Source of the DNA: Isurus oxyrinchus
Lineage: Eukaryota
Length of the DNA stretch: 64,000 nt
Direction: 5' to 3'
NCBI GenBank assembly: GCA_026770705.1
Contig: JANJGN010000034.1
Coordinates: 6,324,001-6,388,000, forward strand
Positions within the stretch are counted from its first letter, which is position 1. Every line of letters begins with the position of its first letter. Of this stretch, positions 1 through 13,600 are shown piece after piece. The notes under the pieces were generated by a model. That model searched no databases. It was not told where the DNA came from and was given only the letters and a program-made list of their open reading frames with translations. The position numbers and the translations under genes are program-made.

Positions 1-1325
1 CCGATGGGTTGCTGAGGAATGGAGTTGAGGGCCCTCAAGTCAAAGGCTGACTATCTGTTCAGGAGTCCTTTCAAATGTTTTCTTCAGTGACCACTGATTT
101 TCTCTCTATCCTTTATGAACTTACCTCTAAGCATGACTCTTAGCAGGGTGCACCCCTGAGTGCCCATGTCATAGATACGCTTGACAACGATGGAGAAAAC
201 AAGGAATTTGTTGGTGTCCGTGGGCTGTTGGATCTCCCATACCATTTATAATCACAATTGTTCACCATGTCGCTGCCTTTATGCTGTAACACTGCCATCA
301 AACATATGTAATCCTCCTGCATTTCTCTTATGTTGTTCTCAAGTTTCCTCTCAATGAAACGTTGGAGCATATGCTCGATTAGATCGTGTATCTCATTGCC
401 ACGTTTGCCAAACCAGTCATGATGTTTCCTGGTCGATAGGGTATCTTCAAGATATTTTATAAGGTCAACAGTAGTTTGAGCAAACAGAACGGGCATCCTT
501 GTATCTCCCTTTGGCTGCATGTTGACAGATTGAAAGTAATGCGCTGACTGAAAAGACCAACCTTGTTGGGACCTTTGAAGCCTTTGATGTTTATTTTCAT
601 ACAGTATTGCTTTTGTTGCTCCACTGTTTGGGGGGGGTGGGGTGGGGTGGTTGTTTGGGGTTGCATGCAGACTGGGGTAGCAGACTGGATATTGCAGCGA
701 TCGGTTGAGTAGTTGTCAGTATCTGACATTGCAGATTTGATATGGACATCTCTGTGAAAGTTGATGTGTAATATTTGGACTATGGGTCCTGCCATGCGGT
801 CATTCTGCTCGTCTCACTGGTAGCAGAGCGTTGACTATGGCAAGATCGTGTCCCAGGCAATTTTCCAGGAGCTCTCCATTGGGGGTTGCTTTCCTACTCG
901 CTTGTTGCCTGTCAAAACCTTCCAGACATTTGTGAACTTCCAGATACTGGCATTGAAATATCCGGGGATGATCAGATTGTTGCCTGCTGAGATGCCGGCT
1001 AATGGCTGCTCAAGGTTGTTGAACAATTCGTGTTTTCTTCCTAATTTTTTGCCTCAAGTTTGGGATCATACGCGCCGATGACACAGGCACGCTAATTCTG
1101 TTAGGGTGAGTCTAGAATTCATAAGGCGCACACATATCCCACACAGGTGAGTAAAAAATACGCCAGAGATGTCCATTTTTGTGCGTGAAGCCAACTCGGT
1201 GAAGGCATCTCCATTTGCATAAGGTCGTTCCAGCAAATAATATACTGGACGCCATAATCTTTCAGTCGGCCTTCTCTTGCCTTTTGAGTTTCACTTTTCG
1301 AGTTTGCTGTCGTTTTCAAGGCTTC
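1..1325 (-). mobile_element. Degenerate RTE-clade LINE, endonuclease region; probably continues off the left edge
   Basis: Frameshifted ORFs give EGRLKDYGVQYIICW, LIIPGYFNAS (GDFNAR), RDVHIKSAMSDTDNYSTD, RKHHDWFGKRGNEIHDLIE. Confidence 0.8.
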
Positions 1326-1656
1326 AGAAGAACATAATTATCGGTAAATCACAATGGATATATTGTAGGCGAATATGATATTACCAAATTGAGGCTTGTC
1401 TATCTTGGCCTTTTTTTCATTTCTTTTTTTTTCCCATTCTTACATTCTTCAGTTATTTACTTTCCTTCCTGGATTCCATCTTTCTGTTTACTGTTCTCTC
1501 TTGTTTTCTTTTGTTAATTGCTGGATATTTACCAGCCACCCTTTAAACTTTGACAAGAATTATATGCCAGCCACAAACGTTGCAAATGTCTACACGGTGA
1601 CTGTCATTAATCTCACTGTCCATGTACTCATCCCATTTTGCATATGTTTCAATCAG

Positions 1657-1683
1657 ATCGAAAATTGAGCTATAAGGATACTG
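1657..1683 (+). CDS. Microexon, 27 nt (xRKLSYKDT)
   Basis: tttcaatcag|ATCGAAAA...GATACTG|gtaagt. Confidence 0.8.
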
Positions 1684-4600
1684 GTAAGTACCTGCATAAA
1701 GTCCATTATCTTAAATAAAACTTGAATATGAAATTTAAATATTTATAATTTTATCCAAAGTGCTTGCATTTGGTCCAGAACTTTTATGTTTTTTCTTTAT
1801 GATTCACTTACCTTGAAAAGCACTCTTCTGTTGATACGAAAAGACATTTCCCCTGTTAGAGTCAGTAGTAGCAAATCCGAAAGATGATGAGAGCTTATTT
1901 ATGCAGGTGCTCTGGGTTTGAAATTGCAATTACACCTTGCTCATTTCAGTCAAGTACAGAGGAGTTGAAATTTCATAATAGCAAAGGTGTAAAGCCTGCA
2001 GAATTGCATTGAGCTTTCTTTGTACATGGTGCCCAATAAGCAATCGCTTTTTCCTTCGTGGACTGTAAGTCAAATCATTTTCAGAAAGATTGTGGGGGGA
2101 GTGATGATTCCATATACTCTGCTCATCAAGTTCTGTCGATGGGTCATGAGGACTCGAAACGTCAACTCTTTTCTTCTCTGCCGATGCTGCGAGACCTGTT
2201 GAGTTTTTCCAGGTAATTCTGTTTTTACTCTGCTTACTTGGCTGTTTCAAATCTCACTCCTCTATGTCCCAAGCACGTTAAGAGTCAAGGACAGCGGACA
2301 GTGGTTATTCGAACATCGACCTTTATCAAAGAGCCAATTACCTTTGTTTTAAAAGTATCTAGTTGACTTTCTTGTTGACCAGTGAGGGATTTGGTGTGAA
2401 CAGATCCTTCAAGGTAGCAAGGAAGGTGGACAATGTGTTTAAGGATTTATATGGAATCGAATAATTTATTAATCAATGACTCACTGCTTGAAACGGGTGT
2501 GGAGCTGGAAACCCTTAACTCATGAGAAAGATTTATGGAAATGTACCTGAATTGCTTTAAACTGCAGGGCCACTGACCAAATTCTGGGAAGTGGGATTAG
2601 GGGCTACATGGCTCTATTATTTGGCGAGCACAGACACCATGAGCCGTGGCGTCTTTCTGTGCCATTTCCATTCTATGATTCTAACTTGCTATGAAGCCCT
2701 TATACGCATTTGCCTATCGGTAATATAATTTTCTTCCCCATTCTCTACCAAAGACCGTCTGTTTTGGTGTAGTTTCGGAGATGTTTCAGGCTTTTTAATC
2801 CATCTAAAGAATCTTGATGTAGAAACAGTTCACCTCACTACAGTTTTCAGAATCTGCTGCATAATCGGCTGATAAATAAAGGCACAGTATATGGAGTAAA
2901 GGACCGAATGCCCGAATGGATTGTTCGTTGGCTTCAATACAGAAAACAGAGTGGATTCAAACGTAGTTATTAAGGGTGGCAAAAAAACACGTATTGGTTT
3001 TAGATATGGATTAGCGAGGGGACTATTAATGTGCACAAATAACATTCATGATTTGAATATTGAAATCGAAAGAATTTCTAAATGTGCACATGGCACAGAA
3101 TTTGGGCCGGCTGGTGGGGGGGAGGGATGGGAAGTTTGGGATACAGAGAAGGACGGCAATAAATTACAGGAGGTTAATATTAAAATTAAATTCCATGCAA
3201 ATAACTGACAAATGAGCTTCAAAGCGTGAAAGTGTAGTTAAGGAAGACAAAAAGACTTTTGGGGCTATCAAGTGCAGGCTGGTTCTCTGCATCGCAATCT
3301 GGACATTCCTCCTGGACCATTCAATTTTCATGTCTCTCCAAATGTATTTTACTGAAGTTTCCATCCAATTCACTTTTGAAATAATTGATTGCCTTTGCTT
3401 CCGCCACAGCAGTAGAGCTCGAGCTGAAGTCAACAGAGACCTCAGTGTAAAAATAAAACTTCCGATTATTCCCTTCTGCCCCTCTTATTGAAACGGCACA
3501 ACAGTGGCCCATAGTCCTTGCAAAATCAGATACTGAGAACAACCTCTCTTTATGTGCAACTTTTTGAATCCTATAATTATATTTTCCAATTGATGCAAGG
3601 TGAACAGGAGTTTCTTCGACTGTCAAGATAATCCCCTCAAAAAAGTCAAAAAACTGCCACAATAAAAATACTGGGAAGCATCAGCAGGCTTGGCGGCATC
3701 TGTACAGATATCAACAGTGTTCAAGTTTCGAATCCAACATGGCTCTTGCTCGTAAATGAATTGGGGACATTGACAATCCGTTTTTGCTCATTTAATTAAA
3801 TTTAAAACTCTGCAGGAGTCTGCAAACTTTTGCCATGATTAGTAACTCTGAAAGCTTATTCGAAATAGATATGAAACCAAATGATCAACAAAGGACATTA
3901 CAAAATAATTCAAATTTCTAACGAAGTGTGGAGCTCAATTATTAGGAAATACAAGTCCAACTCAGGTAGAAGATTTGAGCATCCCGAAGTGAAAAAGCAC
4001 CAATCACATCAGCTTGCATTACTGGCTAGCAGCGCCATAGCAAGAAGAAAATCACTGCACTTTCTTTCCAAAAGGAGAAGATTGAAAAGTAGAGGTATTC
4101 TGCTGAACTGACACTGAATCTTGGTTAGGCCACACGTAGAGTATCCTATGCATTTCGTCGATGCATTATTAAAGAAAATACAGTCACGTGGTAGGGTGCA
4201 TTGATGATTTACAAGGATCATACCAGGAGTACCTGGGATTGCATGTGAGGAAAGGATAAACAGATTTGTTCCCTCTCGTCTTAAAAGAGAATGCTGAGAG
4301 GGAACAAATAGAGGCTTTTATAATTTTGGTCAGCGTTGTTAGAATGAAAGCAGAGACAATTCTTCCTTTGCGATAGATGTATTTTAGAGACCATTGATAC
4401 GTGATAGCAACCAATAAATTCAATAAGGGATTTTGAGGAATCTTCTTTTCTCAAATTGTGATGAGAATGTAGCACAGGCTACAACAGCGGTGGTCGAAGC
4501 AAGCGGCATTGATGCATGAAAAGGCCAGCTAATTAGAGATGGGTGGGAGAGGTTAACAGAGAGTTACGATGCCACATGTGGAAAGATGCGAGGATACTTG

Positions 4601-7600
4601 AGTTATTTCTAAACAGCTGCATGCTCTCGGTGTGCCTAATGGCCTCGCAGTGCTGGATATCCTTCGTAATTCTATGTGTCGTGAGAAGTGTCTATTTCTG
4701 ATCCATATTCCCGTCTTCATTGTTGGGACGGGATTGCTACAACTAATTGTATGCGTGGCACTGAAATTGAGTTTGCTGCCTGTACATAAACAACTTCAAC
4801 GTGTGTTCAGCTTCCCGTTGGAAGTTTGTGCGAATGTATCAATGTACTTTCATTCTTTTCACTCAAAGGACCATTTCTATTTCAAAATAATACGGTAGAC
4901 AAATGCCAAGTAAAGCCATATGCAGCAGAATTATCTAAATGCAAGCATATATTCACAGACATATTCTCTATCTCACTCTCTCTCCATTTCTCTCACTCTC
5001 TCTCTCTCTCTTTCTCCCTGACTCACACACGCACACACACGGAAGCATTGCCACACGCACACACAAAGTAATAGAGAGAAATGGATACACACACACACAT
5101 AAACACAAAATGATATAGACACACACATATAAATGTTATCACCCCCTTTACGGTTATGGTGAATAGAAATTATTGAAAACACAAAACATTCACTATGTTT
5201 CAATCAAAATCATTCGATTCAAATGCACATCCCGAGAGTCTCCCGTTGATTAAGATTCTCTTTCAGGATAATTGCGAACAATTGTTTCTTTTATTATAAA
5301 TGTGGCATCCTGAATCTCAATAGTAAAGCATCTTGACATAACAATAACACATACCATTCATTGCCTTTGGAGGTCTATTTTATTCTGACCTTCAGAGGAG
5401 AAGAACCTTTCTTTATGTGGTTCCAAATTCCAGTCCATGTTATTGGTGCATCCACCACGTACCTAACTGAGTTTGGTGTCTGATGTCTAGTAAGCTTTCC
5501 GGATCATTATTCCTATTACCCCTAATCACTGTACTTCCAGTTGATCCCCGATTTACGGACACCAAAATAATGAAAAAATTGCATTATTGGATGCATTGAT
5601 TCTGGATTACTGATCATGAGTTTTATAGATTCCTTACAGTTCTGCCGGTAACAGGGATGCCACAAAATGTATCCAGATTAGAGAGACGCGGAGTGTAATC
5701 GTAATGTTTTACTCTGTTTGATTAAAATTAACTTGCATTGACTTCTGCCTTTAATGGAGCACCACGAAATAAAGCACGTAACAACTGTGTTTTCAGTATA
5801 AACATATACAATGTGTAGCAATAGATACCCAAACTTGGCCAAAGACGTGGGTTTAAAGCAGCACCAGAGCATTACATTGACCAATCGTCGTATCAGTGTA
5901 TGTGTATAATGGACTTGTCCTGGCAAAAGCAACAAAAACAAGTCGGAAACGTTAAATTTAAAACCTATTGGCATATCTGCAGAACAATTTATGGTGCAAT
6001 TCAATTTTTAAGATGCACTGTGCAGTTAATCACTTGCTCTAGCCATCAGTTCATTTGATCCTACAAAACATAATGCCCACTTTATGGTTTAATCCCCCAG
6101 AATGCCAAGACTTAAGGGACAGTCTTAAAACTAAAGGTATCTGAATGCATTGCTTATACTTCTTTGTTATTGTTGTTAACATCCAGCTTCGAAAATTCTT
6201 AAAACTCGTAGTTTTCTTTAAAATGCAAGCAATGCAACAAAGATCACTTGTGGATGAGTGAAATTAACAAGCATATGGATTACATTAAACATACTTAGAG
6301 ACTTAATGAGCAAAATTGAATATAATGCAAATCGGAGGAGAGGGCGATAGCAGGCGATGGTGGGCACGTAGTGCCCAATCTTTTCACTGGTTGGAGTCAT
6401 GCCGAGTTAGTAACAAGACTGTTATGTTTTTTTTTTTCTGAAGCCGATAATGTTACACCTAGCACAGAGTTGCAGGGGATTTCTGAGATAATGACCGAGT
6501 TGCAGATATATTCAGCCACCCAACATAACCTCAGGAGTGAAAATGTTCGTTAATGGTGGCAAATTTGCACCTCATAAGTACTCAAACATTCACACAGTGA
6601 AAAGCGGAAATCATTTAGTTCTGCTGTAATGATTCTCAAGAACATGCACACCACAAAAACGCCAGAGAATGGCCATCTCCAAGAAAATGGATGCTAAGAA
6701 TGTCCTCTTGATATTTAATGGCATTACTATCGTTCACTCCGCAAGTTGAACATGCTACGAATTACCAGTGATAAGAAACTTACCTAGACAAGCCTTATAA
6801 ATACTCTGGCTGTATTAGCATATAAGGACCGATGCCGGATAATTTTCCAAGGTAGTTCACCTCCTGCCTTCTCAAAGCCAGTCCAACATCGACAATGTTC
6901 ATGTATGGAGAATGATGGAATAATGGATTCTCTCCAGAAGCCTGGAAGATTGTAGGTTAAGGAAAATCAAAATCGGCATCATCCTGAATAATAACAGAAA
7001 GTGCTGGAAGTACTCAGCAGGTCCACCATAGATGTACAGTGATAGCAATGTGAACAACTTACAAGGTGCAAATCAACATCTCGTCTAGACTCCTACATCA
7101 GGCCCTTCCAATTCTGCCACCTCTACTAGCTAGAAGAGCCAGGGCAACAGCCATGTGTAACATCGCTGTCTTTGTGATTTCATTCATGTCCCACCACAAC
7201 ATGACTTGTGCTGTTATTACCCTTTTGTCACTACCACTAAGCTAAGATACTGGAACACACGCCCTAATAGCAATCTGACTGTACCTCCAGCACGTGCACT
7301 GCTGCTGTTGAACCAATCATCTCTGTACCATCCTATCGAGGTAACTATGGAGACTCTAAATGTCAGCAATGCTCAAATCCAAAGAATGATAAAAAGACCA
7401 TACCTGTGGTCTGTACAGAATTTTGCCTTCCGTACAACTCGGCAGGTCCACAATTGGAGCACTGTTCAACATTCTGGCCCATAAATAATAGAAAATAATA
7501 CACGAGTGTCTAAAGTTCGAAACATCATTGAACAGGCTGAATCTAGAGCAGGGAAAAAACAATGAATGTGCTGAAGTACTATTGTCCAACAGAGGAGACG

Positions 7601-10600
7601 TAATAGAAATTTTGAATCTTGTGAAACATTTTGATCGGCTAGTAGTATAGAATTTACTTCCATAATTGCTGAAGAAATAATGTAGCAGAGATAGCGGAGC
7701 TATCATAAGGCAGTCAGGAATAAACTAGAGAAGGAAGTCAGGCGAAACATATATACGTCGAGAGTGATGCCAAGTCGGAATCAAAACTGGAAGTCCTGGG
7801 AAAGCTCAACCGGCCTGACAGCACCTGTGGAGAGGGAAACGCGGTTGAAGTTTCGAGTCAAGTATGACTCTTTGGAGCTTCAGAAGTAGAAATGTGAATG
7901 GTCTAATTCTTTGGAAAAAGTTGGGAGAGACAGGTGGAGCAAAAACAGAAAGTCAGGAATAGGTTAGAGAGAGAGCTGGAGAAAAAAAATGTCATGGAAC
8001 ATCAGCTAAGGCAATGGTAATGACTTTAAAGGTACAAAACTTGATCGGAGTCGGTGCTTATAGCTGAAAAAGAGTTGGAGCAGAATAATGTGAACATTTG
8101 AGACATGAGGCTGAGAGGTAGAGCTGGTTAAAACATGCCATGGAGAAGAAAAGAATGGGTATGAGGAGATAGTAAGATGAATTAGCTTGGGAGCAACACA
8201 TTGGGAAATGTGATTATCAAGATATTCTTGCTGTGCCAAATTACAAGAACTGTTAATTTTTCCACTAATATCAACTCTTGCATGATAAGCTCATATAATT
8301 ATGATAGAATAATAAAATGTTCAAAACAGAATGATCCCATATCTTCACAACCTTTTTGAAATTATTTCCCCTTTACCCTGCATTTTTCTCAATTTCTAGT
8401 AATTATTTAACTCCCTTTTGAAAGTTCCTGTTGCATTTGCTTCCAATACCGTTTCAGAAAGTCTATTCAAGATCATAATAAATTCACTGTGCTTTTGGCA
8501 TCTCCTAATATTAGCTCTTGTTCCACTCAGGTACCTTGAAACTGCCTGCATTGGTTACTGACAGTGCTGCAGAAACAAAAACCTCTCCGTATTTAGCATC
8601 CCAAAATTTCGTGATTTAACAGTCCTATTATTTAAAGGTGTTCTGCATGGACAAATACCAACTTGCCCTGTATTCCAAGTAAATTAATTTCTCATTACCA
8701 GTATCATTCTAGTACCTCTGCTTAGGTAGCTTGTCATCGACATCCCTGTGAATGTGTAGGGCATATAATCGGTAATAATATTCGAACAGAGCTGTGGCTG
8801 AAGAAATTAGTTATTAGATATAAGTATAACAGATTAATATTTTCTAGTTCCTCAAATAAAAAAAATCTACTTGGCGTGGTAATCAGGTAGTGAGGTATTT
8901 TTTTGTACATGAAGCTGAACATACTTGCTTCAAATATTATTAACATGATCAATATGCTTTGTTCCTGTTAGACCTTGCCTTAGCAAAGAAAGACAAAGGC
9001 GAGTTATTTTATATTACATATTTTATTCTACATAATACGGTTCACCATTGCAAGAAACATAAAATGTAAACACACATCAAGTAGGTGAACGAAGAAACTG
9101 AATCAGAGCAATAAATTGGTTCTCATAATAATGGATAATAATAGATGATAATTTGTTTTCTTTACAAATTTCAACGTTTACACTTCTGTATTTTTTATTG
9201 TTTTTCTTTCCTGGTTTTTGGGCGACGCAGGAAAGTGCAGCATTAGGTTTCCATCCTTAGTAGCACTTGAGTAAAAAAAAAAAACAATCACAGTACTGGG
9301 GGTTTCATTTTGGCCAGACCCGGTAAGTAAAATATATTTCCTCGCCCAAAGGTCACCATGATTAGGTTTAGCTTCATATTCCAGGTATATGAATGTAATT
9401 GAAAGTTGCAAAAACGACCACAGTGGAATTTCAATCTATATTTCCAGATTATTGCTAAGCCATTTGAAACTCCACCCAACTACAAGTCAACGTTTTTTTT
9501 GCAGGTCATTTGAAAAGGCGGATATAAATAGCTGTTTTCCTTTAGCCTTATACTATGATCCATTATTATCAGATGCAATTTATGGCTCTGATTCAGTTTC
9601 CTCGTTCACATAGTCCCTTGGCTGGTCATCGCTACTTTAACCACCTACTTGAAGTGTGTTTGCATTTTGTTTTTCTTGCAATAGTCAACCGTAGTTACAA
9701 GTGTAGTTGTGCTGAACACAAACCTACTTAACGATAAGTTTATCTCAAAAATTGGAAAGCTCTTGTTGAGTTGCATTGCAAAATCTTCATATCTCTCGAC
9801 CCCTACAACCTAGCAGGACAAGCGCTATAGTTGCATGGAAACACCACAACCTGCAGGTTTCTCTCCAAGCCATACAACATCCTGACTCGGAAATATGTTG
9901 CGGTTTATTCACCGTCACTAGACCAAAATCCTGCATTCCCTCCCTAACATCACTATGTGTGTACGTACACTAGATGGATTGCAGTGGTTCAAGAAGACGG
10001 CACACCACTGCCTTTTCAAGGGCAATTAGGGAAGGGTAATAAATGCTGGCCTAGCCACCGACACCCAAACCCAATAAAAGAAGAATCAGAAGAAAATCCG
10101 GGGACAGTAACTGCCTCATTGTACAATTGATTACAATATCTCTTCAACTATCTCTATCATTAACTCTTTCACCAAAAGGTACCATATAAACAGTATTCCT
10201 CACTTAATATACAACGCACCCACACACAAGTCATGCTATCTATTTCGCCATGGTTGTTGCTCATTCTTTCCCAACAAAAAGGTTTTCCTGATGACCCTGG
10301 CCGATATATGTTGGTTCCTTCTCACACAAGGAGGTGAGTTAAGAGAAACTGTATCCACCTTTGAATCTTTTCAACTTAACTCCTTTATTTCATAGATGAT
10401 TTTTGAGTGGACCATTCAAAACTTTGTCGAGCCAACCGTCAAACAAACCTTTCCCATTTCCCTAACAGAATTAGAGAAACTACGAAAGAGTAACCTGGAC
10501 TGTGGTGAGTGCAGGAATATTGGGATCATTGTCGTTATTCAAAGCCAGGCAACTGGCACATTCATTTGTCGACCATGACAAGTGCATCTTCCTCTAGGAA

Positions 10601-13600
10601 ATGTGTTTCTGCTGGGCTACTGGGAGGGTTTGGGTATCATTTGTAATTGTGCATTTTTCCATGACATCGAATGTTTTAAGGAAAAGAACTGCAAAGGTTA
10701 CAGATATTCAGTCAAAAATCAGTGGATACCTCCGAGCAACTCTGATCTCATTATGGTAGACCTTTGTATTGTGCAGATGCATAAAAATGTTGTTATTTGA
10801 TTGACTGCAGTAATCTCCGTCAATGATAAAGTCCTTTGCCTGCACTGGACCTGAAAGTTAGGCAGGATGTGATGTGATAACTGGCAATGAAAATACTTTG
10901 ACTTAATATGGAGTATTTTTGTCTAAGGAAAATCTCCACAAATAATTCAATTCAACAAAAGTGTGACTGCACATCTCAGATGGAGCAATTAGGAAATATT
11001 GTCTAAATCTCTATAAAACATCGAGACGTTCTTATTGAACATCTGAAAGAAGCAGAACAATAGTGGAGAATTTTAGGGAAGACATTCTAAAGATTATACC
11101 CCAGGGACTTGAAGGCTCGATCAACAATATTGCAGCCATGATTGTTCAGGATATCTACAGTACAAATTGGAAGATTAAGAAATCATAAGGACGTTAAATG
11201 GTTGGAATGGTGTGTGTGTGTGTGTTTGTTGCACGGTGGCTGGTGACATCTGAGAGAGTGGAATATGACATTCACAGTCGGGCACTACACTACAGTTCAG
11301 TAAGCACAATGGCACATGTGAAAAGTACTTCTGTTTATGGTTAAGACAGCAATTTTGGCTGAAATAGGTCTAACGATGTGAATGGCCGGCCAACAAATCG
11401 GGTCGAATTTTACCACACTTCAAGCCCCACTGCGAACGGCTAATACAACGCGATTGCCCTAATTTAGACTCCCCAAAATAATGCACACAATCACGGATTC
11501 CAAATCTTACGGACTCATCAGCACTACGAGCGTGGAACAATGGCACTTAACTGATTATGATCTCTGGCTGGCAAGGAGCCTTACGGACTAATTAAACATT
11601 CCTGTTCTAGGAGTAAAGACTTATGATTTACAGCACTTCAAGTGGGCATGCGAGGAATTCTTTAAAATGTTGGATGTGTGTTTGAACTCTGCCATTCCTT
11701 CAGACATTGGCTTCGAATTCCCCAGCATCCTTTAAGTGGGAGAATTTTCCCTCATATTTCTTAACCTAAATTTACACCCCGTGGTTGTGGATGCATAAAA
11801 TATGGTAGATAGAACAGCTGTATCCACTTTACTTGGACAATAAATAATTGTGTGTACTTTACTTAGGCCTCGCTTAGCCTCCTCTGTTCCAAATTAAACA
11901 TTGATAGCCAAGACTCTCCCTCCTAATACTTAAACCCTTCTAGTCCAATTATGTGGGATATTCAAAATTTCAAAGAAGGCCTAGGAAACTCTTGCACTTT
12001 AATTGCACACATCGGTTTATTATTTATCGGAAATAAAAACGGTCGTTTGACAAGCAACCTAAAATCATGCAATCAATAAACAATGATTCATGTAGCTTTC
12101 CAATTGGCTGTTCAAAGATAGGGAGGTTAATGTAGAGAGGCAAGAGAAGGGCAGGTGAATAATGGTAGGGGCATGAGGCATGGATGTGGTAGGTCCAGAG
12201 ATGCAATCGAATGATCAATGCAAAGTTCCATGCAACATAATTTAAAAATAACACATACATACTGAGAAAGCTATAAATAAAAATGGAATTAAAATAAAAG
12301 CCTTGCATTTATACTTCACTATCAAAGCCACCTGACGCCTTAAAGTCTTTTTTTTTATGCCAGTAGAGCAAACATTTCAAGGATAGAACCAGAAGTAAAA
12401 TCTTACAATTATTATGAATGCCAGTACAGCCTGATATTCTTTTCTGTGGAAATCCGGTTCCTGTCAGGTTAGTTGATGAAGGTTTTTAGAATTATGAATT
12501 ACCTGAAAAGAGAGACTTATAGACATTTGCTCCTGGTCTCGTGGAGACTAAAACCTGGGGTCATCCATATAAGATGGATATTACACATGTAATGGGAAAT
12601 TGTGTAGAATATCATATAGCCAAATACTGACGAGAATATGGAAGTCCATAGTTCAGTATTACTACAAATACTGTTACAATAAATTATCCAACATTAATAT
12701 GAAGTTATTCAATACTAATCAATATTCACTAATAAATTAATTTCAACCGCCATGAACTTGCTAAACTGAAATTCGTGCTTGACTAATTTGGATAGTTAGA
12801 TGTAGTATATCATATGTATTTCACTAATAGTGTTAAATTGGACAACAATTATTGAGGCAAAGCTGCTGAGAGCCTAACTGTGCTGGGTAAGGCGCGCATT
12901 TATAATGAACGTCAATCGCATTCCGAGACAGCGTCTGGCAAAATAGACCATGGTCAGCTGTACAAGTGCTATAAAGACATGGTTACGGAAAATCTGAATT
13001 GTCGTGGCATAAAGCAAAATGAGCTGCAAAACCACCATCAGTAGCAATTCATTGGAGACCGCTGACCTGCAGAGCGTCTGAAAATTTTGAAGAAGATCGA
13101 CGTTAATGTCTAAATGATGCTGTGAAAAATGTCGTACAGCAGCATCTGTCCACGTCACAACATATGATTTCCAAATCCCCAAGCTCACTGTGAGGCCTGG
13201 TTGGGGCTACATTGTCATATCCGTTTTTATGGTTGGTGAGTTTGCACATTTATCATCTTCGAGAACTAGACAGACAACCATCATTATCATCATCATCATC
13301 ATCATCGTCATCATTATCATAATTACCATTATCAGTAAAGTGCTAATATTTGTAACCTTAGTGGAAATTAATATGCCATCGCAGATCGTAGGTGCATTTA
13401 AGAGGAAGTTTGATAGATGCATGAGAGAAGAACAGATAGAAAACCTTACAAATAGGATAATATGTATTCAGTTGATTGATGGCTCTTCTCTTTCATAAAT
13501 AACAGCATCAAACAGTTAGAGCGAATGGTCTGTTCATCTGGATTAAATTCCATGTTTCTAATAAATCTCACATAATAACTCAAATCACTCTTTGTATTGC

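Noticed and set aside
6593-6661. CACAGTG heptamer with a downstream ACAAAAACG nonamer-like motif (possible RSS)
   Set aside because: The spacer is ~53 bp, not 12 or 23, and there is no V/D/J segment nearby.
1543-9265. A phase-consistent minus-strand multi-exon model (e.g. 7404-7668, 3544-3619, 2714-2803, 1934-2062, 1812-1852, 1543-1691) giving ...[17 protein letters not shown]...
   Set aside because: It needs several weak donors, resembles no protein I recognise, and overlaps the better-supported + exon at 1657. One acceptor tract is just the antisense of exon 8972. Probably over-fitting, though an antisense transcript cannot be excluded.
10233-12467. Alternative + strand model with an apparent signal peptide and RRKR site (10233-10333, 10681-10755, 12364-12467)
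   Set aside because: Phases are incompatible with the microexon chain, the donor at 10755 is weak, and there is no homology support.
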